64,000 nucleotides of DNA from Lama guanicoe (lineage: Eukaryota), in contig MU054391.1 of the NCBI GenBank assembly GCA_013239625.1, positions 1,610,711 to 1,674,710 on the forward strand. The letters run 5' to 3'. The position numbers and the translations under genes were made by a program. The notes beneath the pieces were generated by a model that was not told where the DNA came from, made no database searches, and saw only the letters and a program-made list of their open reading frames with translations. Below, piece after piece: positions 56,091-64,000 of this stretch (positions within the stretch are counted from its first letter, which is position 1; each line of letters begins with the position of its first letter).

Positions 56091-56828
56091 CGGAAGTGAT
56101 GTGACGAGAACACTCCGAGTAGTCTACACAGCGTGACAGTGGCCGCCCTCCTCCCCCAAGTCTAACGCCGCTTGTCTTTCCCTAGAAAACGGTGCCAGAT
56201 CTACGTGCTGCGTCATATTGTGAAGGCGAGACGCAAGCTGCCTCATCCACCCCTCACGCCCCCTGTAAGGGAGGCACTCCTGATCATCCATCCAGAGGAG
56301 ACAACTGAGGCACTGGAGGCTCAGCTCACTCGCTCAAGGTCATGTCAGCCCAGAAGCACATAGACATCTCCGCGAAATACAGCACAGGAAGCAATGGTGC
56401 TGGTCTCCCTCAGTCGAGGAATCCCTGCATCTTGGACTTGGAAGGGCGCCTCCGGTTCCCCCCAGGCTGCTGCTGCACAGCACAGTCCTGTATCACTGTT
56501 TCTCCGCCTGGATCTTAAGCAGATGTCTTTTTTTTTTCCTATGCAGGAGTAGGGAGAAAAAGCTATTTTATGTCATAAAAAGCATACTTGGTAAAAACAA
56601 GGTGATTGGGATGCCCTGAAGAATGGTCAGGGAACCCGGCGCTGGCCGCCAGCCTCTGTCCAGGCAGGCAGAGTCTGATGGGAGCCGCCCTCGTGACTTC
56701 CACGTGCCCAGTGCTGGCCCACGGGATCCCTCCTTTGAACAGGGGGTCTTTTGAACTTGAGCTGTTTCCTCCCGAATAGCTGGCAGCAGCCCAAGAATAT
56801 GTTTTGAGACCAGAATTTATCAGCCTAA

Positions 56829-57190
56829 TGTCAACGGGAAGAAAAGCACACAGCATGAGGGCTGTGACTCTCAGCTCTGTCTGGGGACCTCACGAGGACA
56901 ACAGCCTGGCGTGTACATGACTGTTGGCTGGAGAATTCGGGCAGCCAAGCATACATCTTGGTAAAAAGATTTCTGCTAATTCCGAAAGCAGATAACTCAA
57001 GTTAATGATTTCGTGCTTTTCTAGATGCTAGCATACAGGGTCATTAAAATCCCTCCTGAGACGGACATCTAGCCATCGTCTCAGGGGCTGGTTTGTCCAA
57101 AGCACAGGGAGCCTCGTCCTGCTTTCATGTGACCGCAGTGGCCGACGACCTAGAGCGGGTGCCGAGAGCCCTCTCTGTTCTCTGTTTCTC
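56829..57190. mobile_element. Degenerate ERV1-like LTR fragment
   Basis: tgtcaacgggaagaaaagcacac...ggggacctcacgaggac...actcaagttaatgatttcgtgcttttctagatg resembles recalled laurasiatherian LTRs. Confidence 0.5.
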
Positions 57191-57199
57191 TCGGGCTGT

Positions 57200-57810
57200 T
57201 CCTCGCACCTGCACTTGGCGGAGAGTCTAACCGCCTCTGCCCAGGGTCTCCCAAGGCGGCAGTCACGGTGTCGCTGGAGCTGCATGCTCTCTGTGCAGGG
57301 GGCCTCTTCCAGGCTCACGTGGCTGTTGGCAGAAGTTGCGCTGTGAGTCTGAGACCCCTTTACCAACTGCCGTTGACCAGGAGCCACTCAGAGTCCAGAA
57401 GCTGCCAAATGACCCACAACATAGACGTAGATTCCTTTTCCTTCTTTAAACCAGTAGCTTCCCCGCCCCCCTTTAACAGAGACATTGGGGATTGAACCCA
57501 GGACCTTGTGCATACTAAGCATCTGCTCTACCCCTGAGCTACATACACCCCCAGCTCTCAAACCAGCACCTTCTTTATCTCTTTGAATCCCTTCTTCTGG
57601 GAAGATCTCACCTGATGAGGTCAGGCTCACCAAAGATAAGCTCTTGATTAACTCAACATCGAGGGGTTTGGAGCCTTAGTTACAGCTGCAAAACCTTTTC
57701 ACTTTCGTCATGCAATTTAAGTACTGGTCACACTCACAGACCCCCGTTCAAGGGTCTTATGCAGGGCTTGTGCCCCAGAGGGTGCCCGCATTAATACATC
57801 TCCTTACTGT
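57200..57810 (-). mobile_element. MLT-type LTR remnant containing a SINE
   Basis: cctcttccaggctcacgtggctgttggcagaa...ttgattaactcaa...ccttagttacagctgcaaaa. Confidence 0.5.
57470..57552 (-). mobile_element. tRNA-Ala-derived SINE
   Basis: ggggattgaacccaggaccttgtgcatactaagcatctgctctacccctgagctac. Confidence 0.8.
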
Positions 57811-57863
57811 CCTTACTCAGTGCTGCAGTGTCCAGCCAGAGGCTGGAAATGGTTTAAAGGCAT

Positions 57864-58016
57864 GGGGGGAAGAGCATAGCTCAGTGGTAGAGCATGTGCT
57901 TAGCATACACAAGGTCCTGGGTTCAATCCCCAGCACCTCCATTAAATACAAACAAATAAAAATAAATAAACCTAATTACCTCCTCCCCCCACACAAAAAA
58001 AATAAAGGATAAAAAA
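57864..58016 (+). mobile_element. tRNA-Ala-derived SINE (Vic-1-like)
   Basis: atagctcagtggtagagcatgtgcttagcatacacaaggtcctgggttcaatccccagcacctcca plus the family tail aaacctaattacctcc. Confidence 0.88.
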
Positions 58017-58499
58017 GTCCCGAGGAGGAGTTCAGCCCCGAGAACAGTAACTATTAGTATGTCCCACTAATAGTGAACGGCGTCTCTTGAGTGCTTGCTA
58101 TGAGCTGAGCTCTTCCATTCGTGATCTCTCTTAATGAGAATGAAAGAAAAATTCCACTTGGGTCACATAAGGGTATTTCCCGGATTCCGGGAACCAGAGG
58201 CTGTCCAGAACGGAGAATTAGGTCCCAAAGTTCATAGTTACTTGTTTTGAAGACCAGAGATCAAAGAATAGGCTGACGCTCACTGAGCCCGACCCGAGGC
58301 AGGTACTTGCCAACGCGGACCCTCCCGGGTGTGCGGAGCAGGACGAGAGGGACGAGCTAATGAAACGGAGGTGGACGGTCGTGGACCTCCAGCTCCTCCT
58401 CCCTGAGGACTAACACGGCTCTGCTCGGACGTAACCCCCTCTCGCTGCTTTTAGCCCCTGCTTCACCTGCGAGTGTGCGGGACCCCCCGGGGCCCTTGC

Positions 58500-59800
58500 T
58501 TACGTGAGTTCTGTCTACCAGCATTCATGTCAGCAACTGAAAATGAGCAAAGAAGTTAAGCATTTATGTACTAGTTCATCTAAACATAACAATGGTAGCA
58601 TTACATGTTAACAAATAACATTTTATGAAAAATACTCATATTTTACAAATGAAAAATGAGAAGAGCAGCATTTTTCACATTTTTATAGATCTCTTCATTG
58701 TCTGGCTAAATAGAGGGAGGGGACCCTCCCATCTGCTTCTGCATCCAGTCTCTCAATATGCGTTATTTCGGTTGAATCGTATGAGGACTCTCCAGCCACA
58801 CAGATATGTAGCTGAAAAAGGGAGGAGTATTTTAATGGCTTTCTGGATACTTGGAGGTACTCACCCTTGACACTACACCCAAATTGGACAAGTGGTAGCT
58901 CCTTAAAGTTGCAGCGTGGGATCCGACAACCGCATCAGTGATTCCATACTTCTCGCACTTTGAATAGATTGTCTGCACATGGTTCTCTAACAGCAGTTAC
59001 CAGTCGTTTTGAAAATACTAACTTCTTGAGCTGTGCATCTCTTCTAAATGCTACCACGTTCCAGTGCACGACACCATTGGCCTCATCGGGGAAGTCCAGG
59101 ATGGGAAAGCTGTCGCGCCCACGGGGCAGATACAAGTTTTACAAGGTTTGAATCTTCTTTTGAAAGCTTGAGTCGTACCATTGGCAATAAATATTGTCAG
59201 TTCTTTTCTTAAGAGAGAGGGAGAATGTCTGCCCAACACCCTGCTTGAAATAACCAGTGTTATCTGGTGGCAAGTTTGGCTTGCAGTTCCTTCAGGCAAG
59301 AGCTTTCCCTCAGAACGACCAGCCCACTTGAGCGAACAGCAGAGATGCTGTCTGCATACCTCATGCTCCGTCTCAGAGGTTATTCAAAAGGTGTCTACTC
59401 AGGGGTCAAGATTTAATAAAATTAACAATTTTTACTGCTTCTTCAGTACATTCTTACGAGGAACTGGGCTTCGTTTTGTGAAGGACATGCTCACTGCCGG
59501 GAGTCATGCGCTGTGGTAGGACTCACACTCAGGCACCGACAGCTCAGCCCACCCTGGCCTCACGCTGCCCGTGCAGCGCTCAGCACGGGAGACGGCAGGG
59601 ACCGTCCTGGCACGTGCCCCAAGCCGTCTCACTCAGCGGCCCTGTGAGGACGCAGCCCTCTGTAACGGACACGAACTGCTCTCCATAAAATAGGTGAGCA
59701 ACAAGGACGCGCTGCCCAGCACAGGGTCACACCCTCTATGTTGTCATAACCCTTAATGGCGCGTGATCAGCAAAACCACTGAACCACTGTGCTCTGCGCC
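58500..59800. mobile_element. Charlie1-like hAT DNA transposon relic
   Basis: gagaagagcagcatttttcacattttt..., gggaggagtattttaat..., gggcagatacaagtttt...ttgaaagcttg...ccattggcaataaata match the recalled Charlie1 consensus. Confidence 0.65.
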
Positions 59801-60188
59801 AAAACTACTCAACACTGTGTGTCAACTCTGCTTCAGACGTAGAGAACACAGCTCTCAGCTCTGCTCTGTAGGTTTCAGGTGACGGAAATCCAACAAGCTG
59901 CTTAAGCAGATAAAGCAAAACGGAAAAGTACCGGCTCACGCCACTGGCGAGGGTTAGCGCCCACCTCACCCCAGCACGTCCAGACCAGGGCTCGGAGGAG
60001 CTGAAAGCTTTGTCTCTCTCTGTCTCTCTCTCCGGCCCAACTCGCTTCTCTCTGTGCTTTGGCTTAGTTCTCATCCACGGGAATGAGCTTTGTGCACAAG
60101 TCAGAAAACACAGCCACCAGGAGCTCTGAAACTCTGCTTGTTATTCGGGGAAGAGGAGCTCTTGATTTAGTGTCTGGACATCCGGTCT

Positions 60189-60674
60189 TGTAATAGAAAA
60201 GAAAAACTTGACTCTGTATTAGATCTGTTCCTTAGACTCGAACCCTGGGCTCTGTTTTCTGCGCTGAGACAGGCTGGTTCTGTACCTTTTGTAAAAGAAT
60301 GTCACCTGTAGCCTGAAATCTACAGGACCCCCGTTCTCAGGGCTCTGACCTGACGGGTGTAACACTTCCATTCATATTAAGTTGCAGAACAGAAAACAAC
60401 CTCTGTCTTGCTGGAGGTTTACAGGAAGAGTGTGACCTGACCCATGTGGACAGCTGCAAGAACAGAGGATTCTGACACCAAGAAGTTTGCAACAACCAAC
60501 CACACCCCTCCCCTTTTTAGTATAAAAGGAGCCTGAATTCTGACTTGGGGAAGATGGTTCTTCAGGACATCAGTCCCCCCGGCTTTCCAAATAGTCATTA
60601 CTCCTTCCCCAACACTTCGCCTCCTGATTTATTGGCCTCTCACGCGGTGAGCAGAATGAGTCTGGACTCAGAAA
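60189..60674 (+). mobile_element. ERV1-type solo LTR with 4-bp TSD GTCT and TATA box
   Basis: Begins TGtaatag; TATAAAA at 60521-60527; gtct at 60185-60188 and 60675-60678; 3' terminus decayed. Confidence 0.75.
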
Positions 60675-60919
60675 GTCTCACGAAGGCTTCCAGGTGGCCC
60701 AGAGAGCCACAGAGCCATGCCGCGGGGCTTTGTGTGAGCCCGGGGCCCAGTTGTCGCCCCTGGGGTGGCGGCCCTGAGCCCCATAGCCCCGTCAGAACCT
60801 CGTAGTCAGCTGGGAGAGAGTGTGGCTCCAGGAGAGGGGACAGCTGGGAAGACAGCACAGCAGATGCTGACGACAAACACGAAACCGCCACGCTGTCCTA
60901 CTTTTTGAGTTTCTAATCA

Positions 60920-61035
60920 AGAGAGAATAATGGAAAAGAATGTGTGTGTGTACGTATGACTGAAACATGACGCTGAACACCAGAAATCGACCCAACGTGG
61001 CAGGCTGACTGCACTGCAATAAAATAGAAGAGTAA
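60920..61035 (+). mobile_element. Short L1 3'-end fragment
   Basis: atgactgaaacatgacgctgaacaccagaaatcgaccc...ctgactgcactgcaataaaa. Confidence 0.6.
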
Positions 61036-63817
61036 GAAAGACGGGCAAAACGGCTGTCAGCTCAGTGCCCTCCGGCGTCCTCACCTCCTCCGGCTCCCAG
61101 GCCCTCCCGGCCAACCCTGTCCACGTGAGGCCACAGCAAACCCAATTCCACGGGGCACCGGGGTCTGAACTCCTTCCCCATTAGGGCCAAAACTGAGTGA
61201 ATGTCTTTTAAATAGAAGAACCTGGAGGGCTTTCTGGAAAATGCAGAAGATGTTCAGGGAGACGGGGCGCAGTGAGCAAAGGAGGAGGTGACGGCAGCTG
61301 GAAGCCACACAGGCACAGCTGGGTGGAGAGCACTGTTTCAGGAGCACCTTAAAAGTAAGAGCTAAAAATAAGTTTGCTGCGAAACATGAGGGTCCATCCA
61401 CCAATAAATGTAGAGTTAACAGTGAGACCGCCAAACAAGTCAGGGGGACCACCCCCCACCCCACAAGGCAAGCAGACCTGGCAGGTTTGCTAACGTCACA
61501 CGGAAAAGGAGAGCTGCCAGAGAAAGAAGCAGGGGACAGAGAGCTGGACGTTCCCAAAACGATTCTGTTTTTTGTGTACATGTGAAAAGTTCCAATGGTC
61601 ATTTTTACAAGTTAAGGCATTTTGAATGGAGAAAGAAGCCGCTGTGTGTGTAAATGTTTTTAACTGAAAAAGTGAGCATGCCTCTGGGTTTCTTAACAAA
61701 GAAGCAATATTCAGAAACAGCTGCCTAGAGGCCACGGTCAGCAAAATTTTGTTCGAACTAATTAAAAGGAAAATGTTTCTCTTGGTCTTAATGCATCTTT
61801 GAAGTGAGGTGGGAGACAACTACACGACCGTAGACTCTTTCACCTGAGGGGGAGATACAGGCTTATTTACAGCATTTCAGTGAATTACCCCAAACTTTGT
61901 GCCTCCAGACTGGAAAGAAACCCAATGTTTATTCCAGGGGGAGGTCACCTACCCCATTCTTCACGTATCACCTTTGGGATCATACTGTTCCCAAAACATG
62001 TGTTCCAGTAAAGCACTTCCCCAGTCGTGTTCCGAGGCGCAGGAGTTGAGGGAGGTGCTTAGGGAAGAGTTTTGAGGTCAACACTTGGAGGGAACGCTGC
62101 CTGTAGTAACTCCCCTCTGAAAAGGGAGGAGGCTTGTCAAGGAAGGTGAAGCTTCTTCCCCTTTGGGGAGGCACACGCTAATTCCACGTGTGCTGCAGAA
62201 CGTCCTTTGGAAAACACTGTCAAAGTTCAGAAATAACAAGTGAAATCAATGATTCACCAAAACGGCAGTTAGTAAAAGAGTACTGTGCACACACCAAAAA
62301 GCCAGCTTGCGCACTGGGGCCCCTCAGACCGAACCGCGCGGATGCAGACTCGGGTGCACGGTTCCCAAGTGGGCGATGCAGGTTAGCGGCAGTGACGGTT
62401 GTGTCTTCACAGAGATCGGTCATGTTAGACTTTTCTCAAAGGACAGGGAATTGGTGAGTGGTTATCTTGTATCAATTTGGGGGAAACCATTTGAGTTTTG
62501 CTCGTGATTTGCAACAGCATAAGCAAGAAATGACCCAGGTCAAACTGGTCTTGCAAAATAAGCCAAGTTCAGCTTTGTTTTTTTAAGCAAAGTGCTTTTA
62601 TCCACTCAGGGAAGTTTCAAGGCTGATCTGTTTGTTTTTTATTTCAACCCCTGTATCCGTGGGGCGGGAAGCAGAAACATGAGACAGCCAAACCAGTTAA
62701 GTCAGCCCTGGAGTGAAATCTTCTTAGTAATAAAAAACCACAAGAATGTATAAATAGTAGATAAGCAGATCTCACTCTGATGAAAAGTAAACTTTTGCCC
62801 AGGTGCCAGATTCCCACTGGTCAAGTATGCAGTGACTCAGCACATCTGGGCCCTTAAACAGTCAATACCCACCAGCTGGATCCAACTGTCCAAGGTCACC
62901 CCTGAAGGAGTCAGGGGAGAACTAGTCCTCTTAGAGCCGGCCCAGCCCCCCGCCCCGACTCAGTCCCCGTCCTCGCGTCTCCCACTTGTGGCTGAGAGCC
63001 TCCACCAGGTTTTCTGCTCTGCTCAGACCCTTCAGGTTCATTGAACAACTATTTACCCAGCATCTGCTCTACGCCAGGTGCCGTTCCAGACCCTGGGTAT
63101 CCAACAGAGAGCAAACAGGGGAGGGAAAATAATCCCTGCCTTCACAGTTTGAATTCTAACAAGGGAAACAGAAAAGAACAGCCAGGGGTCAGGCGGTGGC
63201 AAGGGCTAGTGGGAACATGACACGGGCACAGGGGGAGACAAGTGCCCGTCTGGTGCATGTGAGTGTACACGTGTACACACGCGTGTATGTGAGACAGTGA
63301 CAGAGGGAGACAGAGAGCGGGCAAGGGGGACAGGACTGACCTGTACAAGGCATGGCCAGGAAGACCCGATGTAAAATGACCTTCCAGCAGATGTGGGAAA
63401 GAGGCGGGGAGGGAGCCCCCAGACACGGGGAGGAAAAGCGTGCTGGGCAGAGGGAAGAGCACAGCGCTGGCCTGAGACAAGGGTCCGGGGCCCCAAGGGT
63501 GGGAGTGGCTGAGCAGGGGGCGCAGGAGGAGAGAGGGAGGCAGGACGGAGGCAAGAACGCACGTCGGAGGCTACTGTGCCCTTCCGGGTCACAGAGGTTG
63601 GGGGCTGGGGTGGAGACCTGCTGTGGGGAGGTGAGGGAGATCAGGTTCTGCATCTGTCTCACAGGAAGGCCAACAGGACCTGACGGGGGATGGATCAGGC
63701 TTGGGGCTCAGGGCTGTCCAAGGGTTCTGGCCTGAGCTGAGCTCCTGGGAGGGTGGGGTCTCGATGCCCTGAGGGGGGAAGACGTGGGTGGAACGACTGG
63801 GTGGGCGCAGAGCCCGC

Positions 63818-64000
63818 ATGTCCTTCTCTGTCTCACCTATTCCATTTAGCATGATGCTCTCCAAGTCCATCCATGCTGCTGCAAATGCCGAAACTGCATT
63901 CTTCTCACGGCCAAGTGGTACTCCGCTGTGTACATACAGCACAACTTCTTCATGGACACACAGGCTGCTTCCGTATCCTGGCTATTACAAATAATGCTGC
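63818..64000 (-). mobile_element. L1 fragment running off the window end
   Basis: Minus-strand peptide AFAAAWMDLESIMLNGI resembles the L1 3' region. Confidence 0.75.

Noticed and set aside
57864..57941. Near-intact tRNA-Ala(AGC)-like sequence, and nine similar copies
   Set aside because: Copies carry an extended GGGGAG head, a shared A-rich tail and often TSDs, and they diverge from each other; these are SINEs, not tRNA genes.
53240..64000. Possible exons of the neighbouring gene RNASEH1, expected from recalled human synteny
   Set aside because: I found no RNase H1-like peptide or exon; the region is dominated by repeats.

Overview
Mammalian genomic DNA that is GC-rich and rich in repeats. 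About ten copies of a tRNA-Ala-derived SINE (Vic-1-like) suggest a camelid; this species call is an inference. The window holds two convergent spliced genes. TRAPPC12 (+) contributes its last nine coding exons (4079-30647, poly(A) signal at 30692). ADI1 (-) is complete (CDS 52613->41883, four exons, 179 aa) with a CpG-island promoter. The rest is intronic or intergenic DNA with L1/L2 LINEs, ERV1 solo LTRs with target-site duplications (TSDs), MLT LTRs, Tigger and Charlie DNA transposon relics, and tandem repeats. Almost all ORFs in the six-frame track are spurious GC-rich or repeat ORFs. The most unusual structure is an antisense L1 in a TRAPPC12 intron flanked by a 57-bp direct repeat that duplicates the 3' end of a coding exon and its splice donor, leaving a latent in-frame 81-nt cassette exon. 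Also notable are a five-unit ~45-bp minisatellite of NRF1-like sites in ADI1 intron 1 and a chimeric L1 insertion bounded by one TSD. I see no evidence of a wholly new multi-gene system. Repeat family names and exon numbers are from recall, not from a database search.
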